Source: Candidatus Parcubacteria bacterium (GTDB taxonomy: Bacteria; Patescibacteriota; Patescibacteriia; Patescibacteriales; UBA12465). From it: a DNA stretch of 64,000 bases. The stretch's first letter is position 1, and each line of letters opens with the position of its first letter. The notes beneath the pieces were generated by a model that worked only from the letters and a program-made list of their open reading frames with translations, did no database searches and was not told the origin of the DNA. Shown here piece after piece: positions 1 through 8,765 of the stretch. A program made the position numbers and the translations under genes. Location: positions 241,786 through 305,785 of the forward strand of contig JAEZRQ010000006.1 in the NCBI GenBank assembly GCA_023444045.1, given 5' to 3'.

Positions 1-156
1 CGAAAAGGGAAGAAGGTTTTTCTGTCAGCCCCCATTCATCATCACTTTCAGGCGATTGGTTGGCCAGAGAGTAAGATTGTAATGCGTTTTTGGGTGGTTT
101 CCGGAGTCATGGCAGTAATTGGCTTAATGATTTTTTTATTAGATAAGAATTTTTAA
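1..156 (+). CDS. mraY: MraY (phospho-N-acetylmuramoyl-pentapeptide transferase), C-terminal fragment; 5' end lies outside the window
   Basis: Frame 1 is open from the window edge: ...[47 protein letters not shown], stop TAA 154-156. It resembles the conserved MraY C-terminus. Followed by ftsW-murG-murC. Confidence 0.8.
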   Translation, partial: RKGKKVFLSAPIHHHFQAIGWPESKIVMRFWVVSGVMAVIGLMIFLLDKNF

Positions 157-159
157 AAA

Positions 160-1305
160 ATGTTTTTTTCTCAAACAATCAAAAAAATATTAACTCCAAA
201 AAAAGGAGAGCATGAAGCGGATAAGAGTTTAATCTTTAGTATTGGGATTGTTCTTGTTTTTGGTTTGGTGATGTTATCTAGCGCCTCTTCGGTTGTTTCT
301 TATGCTAAGTTCGGTAATATTTATAATTATTTTTCCCGTCAGCTGGTGGCAGTAGTTATTAGCTTGGTGGCGATGTTTATTGTCTCTAAGATTGATTATC
401 ATATTTGGCGTAAATATGCTGGCGGTGCTTTAATTATTTCTATTATTTTATTGTTACTGGTTTTTATTCCTGGGATTAGGGCAGATTTTGGTACTTCCCG
501 TAGTTGGATTAGTATTTTTGGCTATTCCTTCCAACCATCAGAATTAGTAAAAATAACCTTTTTAATTTATCTGGCCACTTGGTTGGAGGCTAAAAAAGAG
601 CAGCTAAAAAGTTTCTCTATGGGGGTCTTTCCTTTTTTAGTCACTTTGGCAGTCATTTCTGGCTTAATGCTTCTACAGCCAGATTTAGGAACCCTGTTAA
701 TTATCATTGCTGCAGCGATGGCGGTTTTCTTTGTTGGTGGCGGAAACTTTAAACATATTATTATTTTAGGCGTGCTTGGTGTTTTGGCTCTATTTCTGAT
801 GGTTTCCCTTAGTTCTTCTTATCAAATGGATCGTTTAAAATGTTATCAAAATCCTGGATATGATACGCAAGATGAATGTTATCAAATCAACCAGTCTTTA
901 ATTGCCGTTGGCTCTGGCGGACTATTTGGTCGTGGTTTGGGCCAAAGTCGTCAGAAGTTTATGTATTTACCGGAAGTATGGGGCGACTCCATTTTCCCAA
1001 TTATTGCTGAAGAGGTCGGTTTTGTTTTTAGTTCAGCTATTTTATTAGTTTTCTTATTTTTATTTTATAGAATTTTAATGGTGGCTAAGAATGCGCCCGA
1101 TCAATATGGTATGGCTCTGGCAGTTGGTGTGGCTGCCTGGTTGGCGGTGCAATCATTTTTAAATATTGGTGGGCAGATGAACTTAATTCCGATGACCGGT
1201 GTGCCTTTGCCATTTATTTCTGCTGGCGGGTCTTCGGTGCTGTCATCCTTAATTGCCTTAGGAATTGTTATTAATATCAGTAAACAGACTAGAGGAGCTA
1301 AATAA
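160..1305 (+). CDS. ftsW: SEDS-family peptidoglycan glycosyltransferase FtsW/RodA
   Basis: 381 aa polytopic membrane protein with SEDS-like strings FQPSELVKI, GLGQSRQKFMYLPEVWGDSIF and PMTGVPLPFISAGGSS. Sits between mraY and murG. Confidence 0.9.
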   Translation: MFFSQTIKKILTPKKGEHEADKSLIFSIGIVLVFGLVMLSSASSVVSYAKFGNIYNYFSRQLVAVVISLVAMFIVSKIDYHIWRKYAGGALIISIILLLLVFIPGIRADFGTSRSWISIFGYSFQPSELVKITFLIYLATWLEAKKEQLKSFSMGVFPFLVTLAVISGLMLLQPDLGTLLIIIAAAMAVFFVGGGNFKHIIILGVLGVLALFLMVSLSSSYQMDRLKCYQNPGYDTQDECYQINQSLIAVGSGGLFGRGLGQSRQKFMYLPEVWGDSIFPIIAEEVGFVFSSAILLVFLFLFYRILMVAKNAPDQYGMALAVGVAAWLAVQSFLNIGGQMNLIPMTGVPLPFISAGGSSVLSSLIALGIVINISKQTRGAK

Positions 1306-1306
1306 T

Positions 1307-2386
1307 ATGTTGGATAAAAAGATAAAAATTATTCTTTCTGGCGGTGGAACTGGAGGGTCGGTGACTCCTTTATTAGCAGTGGCTCAAGAGTTCTATCTAG
1401 AACACCCAGAAACAAATTTTGTTTTTTTAGGCACTCACTTTGGTCCAGAGAGTAAATTAGTTTCTGAAGTCAGTTCAAAAATTCCTGTTGAGTTTAAGGC
1501 AATGCTGTCTGGAAAGTTGCGCCGTTATTTTTCCTTGAAAAATTTTTCTGACATTTTTAATATTGGTGGCGCTTTCTTTCAGTCAATCTATTTACTTAAA
1601 AAAGAAAAACCTAATTTAGTTATTTCTGCCGGTGCTTTTGTCAGCGTTCCTTTAGTTTGGGCGGCTAAATTATTAAAAATTCCTGTTTTAATTCACCAAC
1701 AAGATTTGCGTCCCGGACTGGCCAATCGTCTAATGGCAGGAGCGGCCAGTAAAATCACCGTTACTTTTACTGAATCTAAAAAAGCTTACGGCGAAAAAGC
1801 GATTGTAGTTGGTAACCCTTATTTTTTGCCAACACTAAATAATAGAGAAATAGTTTTAAGGGACTTAGGATTTAATAATCTAAAACCTTTGATATTAATT
1901 TATGGTGGCGGTACGGGGGCGGTCGCGCTTAATGAGGCGGTTGTTAATAATTTGGATTCTTTACTTAAGATCGCTCAAGTGGTGCATCTAACTGGAACTG
2001 GCAAGAAGACTCAAGACTCTAGCGATGGTTATTATGCCGCTGAATTTTTAGATCATCAAAAATTATTATCAGTGATGGCTATTAGTGATTTAGTGATTGC
2101 CCGTCCAGGACTAGGAACACTAACTGAACTAGCAGCTTTAAAAAAGGCTAGTATTTTGGTGCCAATGCCTGAGAGTCATCAAGAGGATAATGTTTTAGCA
2201 GCTTTTGAGTTGGGGGCAACGATTTATCTAAAACAAAATGAATTAGATACAAGCTTAGCTCAGAGAGTAAAAGAGGTAGTAAGTGATGAAAAATTAAGAA
2301 ATGATTTGGCGGCTAAGATGGCAGAATTTATTAAACCAGGAGCAGCTAAGGAAATTGTTAGTTTATGTGACTCTTTAATTAAATAG
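1307..2386 (+). CDS. murG: MurG, UDP-GlcNAc:lipid I GlcNAc transferase
   Basis: N-terminal glycine loop SGGGTGGSVTPLLAVA and dcw context. Start moved to ATG 1307 (MLDKKIKIIL), just after the ftsW stop and preceded by AGAGGAG. The track ORF starts at 1265. Confidence 0.85.
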   Translation: MLDKKIKIILSGGGTGGSVTPLLAVAQEFYLEHPETNFVFLGTHFGPESKLVSEVSSKIPVEFKAMLSGKLRRYFSLKNFSDIFNIGGAFFQSIYLLKKEKPNLVISAGAFVSVPLVWAAKLLKIPVLIHQQDLRPGLANRLMAGAASKITVTFTESKKAYGEKAIVVGNPYFLPTLNNREIVLRDLGFNNLKPLILIYGGGTGAVALNEAVVNNLDSLLKIAQVVHLTGTGKKTQDSSDGYYAAEFLDHQKLLSVMAISDLVIARPGLGTLTELAALKKASILVPMPESHQEDNVLAAFELGATIYLKQNELDTSLAQRVKEVVSDEKLRNDLAAKMAEFIKPGAAKEIVSLCDSLIK

Positions 2387-2389
2387 CAT

Positions 2390-3808
2390 ATGTCTAGTAT
2401 TTTAAATAAATACAAAAAAGTTTATTTTATCGGCATTAAAGGAGTGGGGATGACGATGCTCGCCCAGTTTTTAAAAGAACAAGGATCAAAAGTCTCTGGT
2501 TCTGATACAAATGAGACTTTTTTAACTGATAAGGTTCTTAAAAAAGAAAAAATTAAAGTTTCTCCTTTTGCTGTTAAAAATATTCCACCAGACGTTAACT
2601 TAGTGATTCATTCTTCAGCATACAACTCGGAAAATAATTTGGAGCTAGCTTACTTAGTCAAACAAAAAAAAATTAAAGTTTTAAATTATGCTTCAGCCTT
2701 AGGTGAAATTTTTAGTAATTATTCTGGAATCGCCGTTTGTGGTAGTCATGGTAAAACGACCACATCCGCTTGGCTGGGTTATGTTTTATGGAAAGCGGGG
2801 CTTAACCCTAATGTTTTGGTTGGTTCTAGTGTGCCGCAATTTAAAGGAGTTAGTAGTTTGGTTGGTAAATCTAAAATTTTTGTCGCTGAGACTGATGAAT
2901 ACCAGAATAAATTACAATACTTTTTCCCTTTGGGGGTAGTGCTTAACAACATTGATTATGATCATCCTGATTTTTTTAAGACAAAAGCCGCGTATTTTAA
3001 AGTTTTTGAAGATTTTGTTGCCAAAATTCCGCCGCATGGATTTTTAGTAGCTAATCATAATGATAAACAAGTAAGGAGTCTATATCAGAAGACTAAGGGT
3101 TGGCTTTTAAATTATGATTTAGTAAAAGATGAAAAAGAATATTTAAAGAAAAAAGAGGCGGTGAAATTTTTAGCCTATGATCATTACTTTAAAGATGGTC
3201 AGCAATTTTTTAAGGTCAATGATTTAGGTGAATTTAAAATTAAAATGCTAGGACGTCATAATGTCTATAATGCCTTAGCGGTTATTGCTGCTTCTTATGC
3301 TCTAGGGTTAGAAATTAAATTAATTAAAAAACACTTAGGAGATTTTTTAGGCACCACTCGCCGGGCGCAGTATTTAGGAGATTTTAAAGGAGTAAAAATA
3401 TTTGATGACTACGCTCATCACCCAACCGAAGTAAAGGCGACAATTGCAGCCTTTAAAGAGGCTTATCCTAATAAAAAATTATTAACCGTTTTTCACCCGC
3501 ACACCTTTACCAGAACTAAAGCCTTGTTTAATGATTTCAAAAAGAGTTTTAATGGCAGTGATAAATTAGTGATTATTGATATTTATGGTTCAGCTCGTGA
3601 AACTCAGGGCGGGACTTCTAGCCAGGAATTAATTCGGGCAATTAAAGATTGGAATAAGGCCCATAATGTTAAGCAACAGGTTGTTTATCAGAAAAATTTA
3701 GTGAGTGTTGAAAAGTATTTAAGAGAAAACACTAAAAAGAATGATTTAATACTTTTAATGGGGGCCGGAGATATTTTCCGGGTGGGAGAAAATTTACTTA
3801 AAAAATAA
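2390..3808 (+). CDS. murC: MurC, UDP-N-acetylmuramate--L-alanine ligase
   Basis: 472 aa with Mur ligase motifs GIKGVGMTMLAQFL (Rossmann N-domain) and GSHGKTTTSAW (P-loop). Adjacent to murG. Confidence 0.9.
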   Translation: MSSILNKYKKVYFIGIKGVGMTMLAQFLKEQGSKVSGSDTNETFLTDKVLKKEKIKVSPFAVKNIPPDVNLVIHSSAYNSENNLELAYLVKQKKIKVLNYASALGEIFSNYSGIAVCGSHGKTTTSAWLGYVLWKAGLNPNVLVGSSVPQFKGVSSLVGKSKIFVAETDEYQNKLQYFFPLGVVLNNIDYDHPDFFKTKAAYFKVFEDFVAKIPPHGFLVANHNDKQVRSLYQKTKGWLLNYDLVKDEKEYLKKKEAVKFLAYDHYFKDGQQFFKVNDLGEFKIKMLGRHNVYNALAVIAASYALGLEIKLIKKHLGDFLGTTRRAQYLGDFKGVKIFDDYAHHPTEVKATIAAFKEAYPNKKLLTVFHPHTFTRTKALFNDFKKSFNGSDKLVIIDIYGSARETQGGTSSQELIRAIKDWNKAHNVKQQVVYQKNLVSVEKYLRENTKKNDLILLMGAGDIFRVGENLLKK

Positions 3809-3818
3809 TAAAAAAAGT

Positions 3819-4457
3819 ATGAAGAAAACAATTAAGCTATTTTTAGCTGTTAGTGTTACACTGTCGTTTGCGGCCTGTTCCTCTAAAACGAACGAAGGAA
3901 CGTATAATCCAAGTAACGAAATTAATCAGGCCTTAGTTGAGGAGAGCATTTCAACTACTAACACCCTTGGAGAAAATTCTTTAGTGGTGGAGGCCGAAGC
4001 AGAAACTCCAGCCATTACTCAAAGTGAATTTAAGATTTATTCCAATCAGGAATTAGGGTTTTCTTTTAAGTATCCCAAGACTTGGCCAGAACCATCACTT
4101 ATAACAGATGGTAATATGAGTGGTGGTATTTTTGAGGAAGAAGGTCAGTGGCAAATAGGATTAGGGGAGTTGCACAAAGCTTCTTTAGAGGGAGCAGATA
4201 AATACTTTGCTACTATTAGTGGTTTTTATCTACAAAGCAAAGCTGATATGATTAAAAAAATAAAATCAGATGAAATAAACAAATTTGTTAAATTAATTAA
4301 AGAAACTGATTCTTATATTGTTTATAGTGAGGTTGGTATGGTTGGTGTAAAAAACATTATGATTTTTAATGGAGATAAGGCTGTTAGAATTAACAGTTTA
4401 GAGGGGACTATGGATTCAGAAATTGACTCAATTGCTGAGAGTTTAATCTTTAACTAG
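3819..4457 (+). CDS. Hypothetical lipoprotein
   Basis: 212 aa. N-terminus MKKTIKLFLAVSVTLSFAACSS looks like a signal peptide with a lipobox-like FAAC. No family recognised. Confidence 0.6.
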   Translation: MKKTIKLFLAVSVTLSFAACSSKTNEGTYNPSNEINQALVEESISTTNTLGENSLVVEAEAETPAITQSEFKIYSNQELGFSFKYPKTWPEPSLITDGNMSGGIFEEEGQWQIGLGELHKASLEGADKYFATISGFYLQSKADMIKKIKSDEINKFVKLIKETDSYIVYSEVGMVGVKNIMIFNGDKAVRINSLEGTMDSEIDSIAESLIFN

Positions 4458-4476
4458 CCCCTCTCTTGTCTCTATA

Positions 4477-4506
4477 AAAAAGCACAGCCTTGGTTGTGCT
4501 TTTTTG
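4477..4506 (+). terminator. Rho-independent terminator after the lipoprotein gene
   Basis: AAAAGCACA-gccttggt-TGTGCTTTTTT hairpin plus T-run, read directly. Confidence 0.7.
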
Positions 4507-4540
4507 ACATTTAGCCTTATTCTTGCTTTAATTTCTATAT

Positions 4541-5842
4541 ATGAAAGCTAAAATTGCTACAAAAACCTTACCTGGTTTTAATGAATATCTACCAAAAGAT
4601 CAACTCGCTTTTAATAAGATGAGGGATTTAATTGTGTCTGTTTACGAATCTTTTGGCTTTTTGCCAATAGATACTCCAGTTTTAGAAAGACAAGAGGTAT
4701 TACTGGCTAAAGCCGGCGGCGAGACCGAAAAGCAGATTTATTGCTTAGAAAAAGGCGACGAGAAGTTGGCCTTACGTTTTGATTTAACCGTTCCTTTTGC
4801 TCGTTACGTCAGTGAGCATTTTGCTAATCTAGTCTTTCCTTTTAGAAGATATCAAATTGCTAAAGTCTATCGCGGCGAAAGACCACAAAGAGGGCGTTTT
4901 AGGGAATTTTATCAGGCAGATATTGATATTGTTTCTGAGGGTGAGTTATCTTTACTAGCTGATGCTGAAGTTATTAAAGTAATTAACGAGGTATTTATTA
5001 AGTTAGAGGTTGGAGCTTTTAAGATTCGTTTAAATAATCGTAAATTACTGAGCGGATTTTTAGAAAGCCTTAATTTACAGGACAAAAGCAGTGAAATTTT
5101 AATTTTAATTGACAAGTTAGATAAGGTCGGCAGCGATAAGACTCGGGCTGCTTTAGAAGAAATTACCTCCAGAGAAAAAGCTAACGATATCATGCAATTT
5201 ATTGCTATTGGCGATGATGTGTTAAATAAATTAGCGGCTTTAAAAATAAATAATGAAACTTTCAAGGCTGGTTTAGCTGAATTGACAGAACTATTAGGTT
5301 ATCTAAAAGACTTTGCTGTTTCTGAAGAAAATTATCAAATTGATTTAACTATTGCTCGCGGTTTAGATTATTACACTGGCATGGTTTGCGAAACAACTTT
5401 AGCTGATTTTCCGCAAATTGGTTCAGTTTGTTCAGGTGGCCGCTATAATAACTTAACAGCTAATTATAGTGATAAAAAATTACCGGGAGTTGGCGTTTCT
5501 ATTGGTTTGTCTCGCCTGTTTTATCAATTAAAAGAAGCTGGTTTAATAAAAGACAGTCAAGAAAATAAGGCTGATATTTTACTAATTAGCGAGAATTTAA
5601 CGACAGCCGCTAAATTAGCTGATGATTTAAGAGTGAACGGCTTATCAGTAATTGGTGTTTATGGTGATGATAAATTCAAGAAGAAGTTGAGTTTTGCCAA
5701 TCGCTTAGGCGTTAAGTGGGTTTTGATTTTAGGAGAAGATGAAATTAGCGGGGCCTATTTTTCACTAAAGGACATGCTAAGCGGTGAACAATTTAAATTA
5801 ACTGCGCTCGCCGAGATAATAGAAAAAATAAATAAAAGTTAA
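4541..5842 (+). CDS. hisS: Histidine--tRNA ligase
   Basis: 433 aa class II aaRS with RYQIAKVYRGERPQRGRFREFYQADIDI and CSGGRYNNL, both typical of HisRS. Confidence 0.9.
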   Translation: MKAKIATKTLPGFNEYLPKDQLAFNKMRDLIVSVYESFGFLPIDTPVLERQEVLLAKAGGETEKQIYCLEKGDEKLALRFDLTVPFARYVSEHFANLVFPFRRYQIAKVYRGERPQRGRFREFYQADIDIVSEGELSLLADAEVIKVINEVFIKLEVGAFKIRLNNRKLLSGFLESLNLQDKSSEILILIDKLDKVGSDKTRAALEEITSREKANDIMQFIAIGDDVLNKLAALKINNETFKAGLAELTELLGYLKDFAVSEENYQIDLTIARGLDYYTGMVCETTLADFPQIGSVCSGGRYNNLTANYSDKKLPGVGVSIGLSRLFYQLKEAGLIKDSQENKADILLISENLTTAAKLADDLRVNGLSVIGVYGDDKFKKKLSFANRLGVKWVLILGEDEISGAYFSLKDMLSGEQFKLTALAEIIEKINKS

Positions 5843-5863
5843 AATAAAATCATTCTTTTTAAC

Positions 5864-5886
5864 AAAAGGGGATTACCCCTTTTTTC
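5864..5886 (+). terminator. Rho-independent terminator after hisS
   Basis: AAAAGGGG-atta-CCCCTTTTTT. Confidence 0.75.
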
Positions 5887-5901
5887 TTGCTTAAAAATAA
5901 T

Positions 5902-7704
5902 ATGTCTTCTAAAAAATTATTGGATAAAAAAGAGGAAGAAATAAAAAACATTTCCGGCCGTGAATTTTGGTCAAAACTTTGGGAGCTACTTGCCGAAAGC
6001 CGTCGTTTAATGTTGGTGATTTTAGGTCTGACAATTTTGGCGGCTGCTTTTGATTTGCTTAAACCATATATTGTTAAGTTACTGGTTGACTCTCTCATTA
6101 ATTTTAAAAAAGAAGATTTATCAGCACTCTTAATGTTGATCGTGTTATTTTTTGCCAGTGATCAGTTTCGTTCAGTTATTTCTTATTTTAACAATTTAAG
6201 AATCTTGCAGCTTTCGGTAGATATTGAATATTACTTAGCGCTTAAAGCGCAAAATAAATTAATGTTTCTGCCGCTGGGCTATCATGAGACTGAGAATACG
6301 GGCAATAAAATTGTTAAGATTGAGCGCGGTATTAATCGTATTATGAGTTTAATGGAAAATATTTTTTGGGAAGTGGTGCCTATTTTTATTCAAATTATTT
6401 TTTCTATTTCCGCTTTATTTGTCGCTGACTATCGCTTAGGGTTGTCGTTGTTAATATTGGTACCAATATTTCTTTATCTGACGAAAAAAACTAATGAGAG
6501 GATGAGGCCATATCGCAAAGAAATGTATAAACAGTATGAGGAAGCCTCTGGAAAAATGACTCAGGGTATTATTAATATTAATGCGGTTCAATCTTTCGTT
6601 CAGGAGAATCAGGAGCTTCATGGTTTTGAAAAAATAAAACAGAAGATTAAAACCAATGAACTTTTTCAATGGTCTAAGGTGATGAAATCAGCTTTAGGGA
6701 GAAACATTTTAACTAGTTTTGGTAACACAGCTATTTTATTAATTGGTGTTTATTTGGTTTATCAAGGGGAAATTAGTGTTGGTACCCTCGTATTTGCTTT
6801 TACTATGTCAGTTAACTCATACAACGCTCTTTTTAGATTGTCTCGTTTTTATGATCGTATGGAAGAGGGGAAAGAGGGCGTTAAACGATTAATAGATTTA
6901 TTTGTTACGGAAAGTGATTTGAAAAACAAAGAAAACGCTATCGTTCCGGAAAATATTTTAGGTAATTTGGAGTTTAAAGGAGTAAGTTTTAATTATAATA
7001 ATACTGATAAGGCAGCCTTAAATAATATTAATATTAAAATACCAGCCGGACAGACGGTTGCTTTAGTTGGTCCTTCTGGATCCGGAAAAACGACTATTGC
7101 TCGTCTAATTTATCGCCATTATGATCCGATCAGTGGTGAAGTTTTATTAGACGGTATTGATCTAAGGGATTATGATCTCTATGGTTTTAGAAAATTCCTA
7201 GCAATTGTTCCTCAAGAGGTGGAGATTTTTGATGTTTCAGTTTTTGAAAATATTGCTTATGCTAAGCCAGGGGCTACTTTGGATGAAGTTGAGGCGGCGG
7301 CTAAAATTGCTAATGCCCATGAATTTATTGTGAAGCTTGATCAGGGGTATGATACTTTGGTTGGCGAGAGAGGAATTAAATTATCTGGCGGTCAAAGGCA
7401 GCGTTTAGGAATTGCGAGGGCGTTATTAGCTGATCCCAAAGTTTTAATTTTTGATGAAGCGACTTCTAGTCTTGATAGTCAAAGTGAGGCTTTAATTCAG
7501 GGGGCAATGGATAAAATTTCTCAGAACAGAACGACTATCATTATCGCTCATCGTTTAAGCACTATTAAAAAAGCGGATAAGATTATTGTTTTAGAAGAAG
7601 GAAAAGTAGTTGAGGAGGGAAGTCATCAGGAATTGTCTCATTTAGAGGGCGGTTTGTATAACAAGTTACTTAAATTACAGGAACTTGGGGAAATTAAGGA
7701 ATAA
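5902..7704 (+). CDS. ABC transporter, fused permease/ATPase (MsbA-like exporter family)
   Basis: N-terminal six-helix TMD. Walker A GPSGSGKTT, signature LSGGQRQR, Walker B LIFDEATSSLD. ATG 5902 is preferred over the TTG at 5887 used by the track. Confidence 0.9.
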   Translation: MSSKKLLDKKEEEIKNISGREFWSKLWELLAESRRLMLVILGLTILAAAFDLLKPYIVKLLVDSLINFKKEDLSALLMLIVLFFASDQFRSVISYFNNLRILQLSVDIEYYLALKAQNKLMFLPLGYHETENTGNKIVKIERGINRIMSLMENIFWEVVPIFIQIIFSISALFVADYRLGLSLLILVPIFLYLTKKTNERMRPYRKEMYKQYEEASGKMTQGIININAVQSFVQENQELHGFEKIKQKIKTNELFQWSKVMKSALGRNILTSFGNTAILLIGVYLVYQGEISVGTLVFAFTMSVNSYNALFRLSRFYDRMEEGKEGVKRLIDLFVTESDLKNKENAIVPENILGNLEFKGVSFNYNNTDKAALNNINIKIPAGQTVALVGPSGSGKTTIARLIYRHYDPISGEVLLDGIDLRDYDLYGFRKFLAIVPQEVEIFDVSVFENIAYAKPGATLDEVEAAAKIANAHEFIVKLDQGYDTLVGERGIKLSGGQRQRLGIARALLADPKVLIFDEATSSLDSQSEALIQGAMDKISQNRTTIIIAHRLSTIKKADKIIVLEEGKVVEEGSHQELSHLEGGLYNKLLKLQELGEIKE

Positions 7705-7743
7705 CAGTAGACCTAAGGCTAATTTTTATAGTATAATAAACAC

Positions 7744-8754
7744 ATGCTTAAAATTATAAGAAACGTTAAATTAGCTCAGTATACCACCTTAAAAATAGGT
7801 CAAACAGCCGAATTTTTTGCTATTATTAAAGATAAAGATTCACTCCTTGAAGCGATTTCTTGGGCTAAATTGAATAAAAAGGCTATTACTATTCTAGGAG
7901 GCGGCTCTAATGTTTTAATTACTGGCAAAATTAAAGGCTTGGTTATTAAAAATGAAATTATAGGAACTCAAATTACCGCTGAAACTAAAGACGAAGCTTG
8001 GTTGACTGCTAATTCGGGCGAAGCTTGGTCTTCTTTTGTGCATCAGGCGGTTAGCAATAAGCTCTATGGTCTGGAAAACCTCTATTTGATTTATGGTACC
8101 GTTGGGGCGGCCCCAATTCAGAATATTGGTGCTTATGGTGTAGAGCTAAAAGATGTTTTTGATTCTTTGGTGGCTATTGATTTACAAACTGGTAAGGAAA
8201 AGGTCTTTAAGTTAGCTGAGTGTAAATTTGGCTATCGTGACAGCGTCTTTAAGAATAAGTTGAAAGGGAAATATTTTATTTATCAGGTAACGGTGAAACT
8301 TTCTAAGAAAGCAAATTTTAAGATTGATTATGCTGATATTAAATTAGAGCTGGGCAGAAAAAAACCAGATTTAAAAAAAGTTATTGCCGCCATTTTTAAA
8401 ATTAGAAATGCTAAATTGCCGAATCCTTTTGTTTTGCATAATGCTGGTTCTTTCTTTAAAAATCCAGAAATTACTTTAACTCAGTTTAAAAAACTAAGAC
8501 TTAAGTATCCTGATATTAAAAGTTTTTCATCGGGCAAAAAAATAAAAATTCCTGCTGGCTGGTTAATTGAAAGAGCGGGATTAAAAGGGAAGAGATTTGG
8601 CCAAGTTAGTATGTATGAAAAACAGGCTTTAATTTTAGTTAATCATGGCGGAGCAACTGCTAAACAAATACTTACTCATATTGACCGGGTCCAAAAAAGC
8701 GTGCTACAAATGTTTAATGTTAAATTAGAACCCGAGGTTAATATAATAAGATAA
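7744..8754 (+). CDS. murB: MurB, UDP-N-acetylenolpyruvoylglucosamine reductase
   Basis: 336 aa with YTTLKIGQTAEFF, LGGGSNVLI and FGYRDSVFK, typical of MurB FAD-binding and C-terminal domains. Confidence 0.85.
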   Translation: MLKIIRNVKLAQYTTLKIGQTAEFFAIIKDKDSLLEAISWAKLNKKAITILGGGSNVLITGKIKGLVIKNEIIGTQITAETKDEAWLTANSGEAWSSFVHQAVSNKLYGLENLYLIYGTVGAAPIQNIGAYGVELKDVFDSLVAIDLQTGKEKVFKLAECKFGYRDSVFKNKLKGKYFIYQVTVKLSKKANFKIDYADIKLELGRKKPDLKKVIAAIFKIRNAKLPNPFVLHNAGSFFKNPEITLTQFKKLRLKYPDIKSFSSGKKIKIPAGWLIERAGLKGKRFGQVSMYEKQALILVNHGGATAKQILTHIDRVQKSVLQMFNVKLEPEVNIIR

Positions 8755-8765
8755 TATAAATATGT

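Noticed and set aside
4912-5265. Track ORFs lying antisense or out of frame inside well-supported genes. Examples: 2703-2939, 4912-5265(-), 5859-6098(-), 6451-6669(-), 10978-11184(-), 18148-18339(-), 18430-18618(-), 19339-19569, 20997-21200, 21888-22082, 22302-22631, 23873-24058(-), 24253-24504, 24482-24766(-), 24810-25082(-), 24826-25074, 25402-25797(-), 25836-26252(-), 25978-26205(-), 26342-26773(-), 27304-27486(-), 28804-29019(-), 30018-30212, 30405-30650(-), 31082-31264(-), 31618-31848(-), 32789-33004(-), 33331-33522(-), 33813-34115(-), 34128-34355(-), 34930-35121(-), 38267-38494(-), 38713-38910(-), 39579-39797(-), 44180-44446(-), 46633-46836(-), 47567-47899(-), 53305-53496(-), 57991-58173(-), 57998-58210, 58436-58657(-), 60540-60737, 60819-61004(-), 61080-61331(-), 62467-62655(-), 62691-62906(-), 63665-63862(-).
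   Set aside because: Each overlaps a conserved, recognisable gene on the other strand or in another frame. Their products are low-complexity shadow translations with no motifs. Such shadow ORFs are typical of AT-rich genomes.
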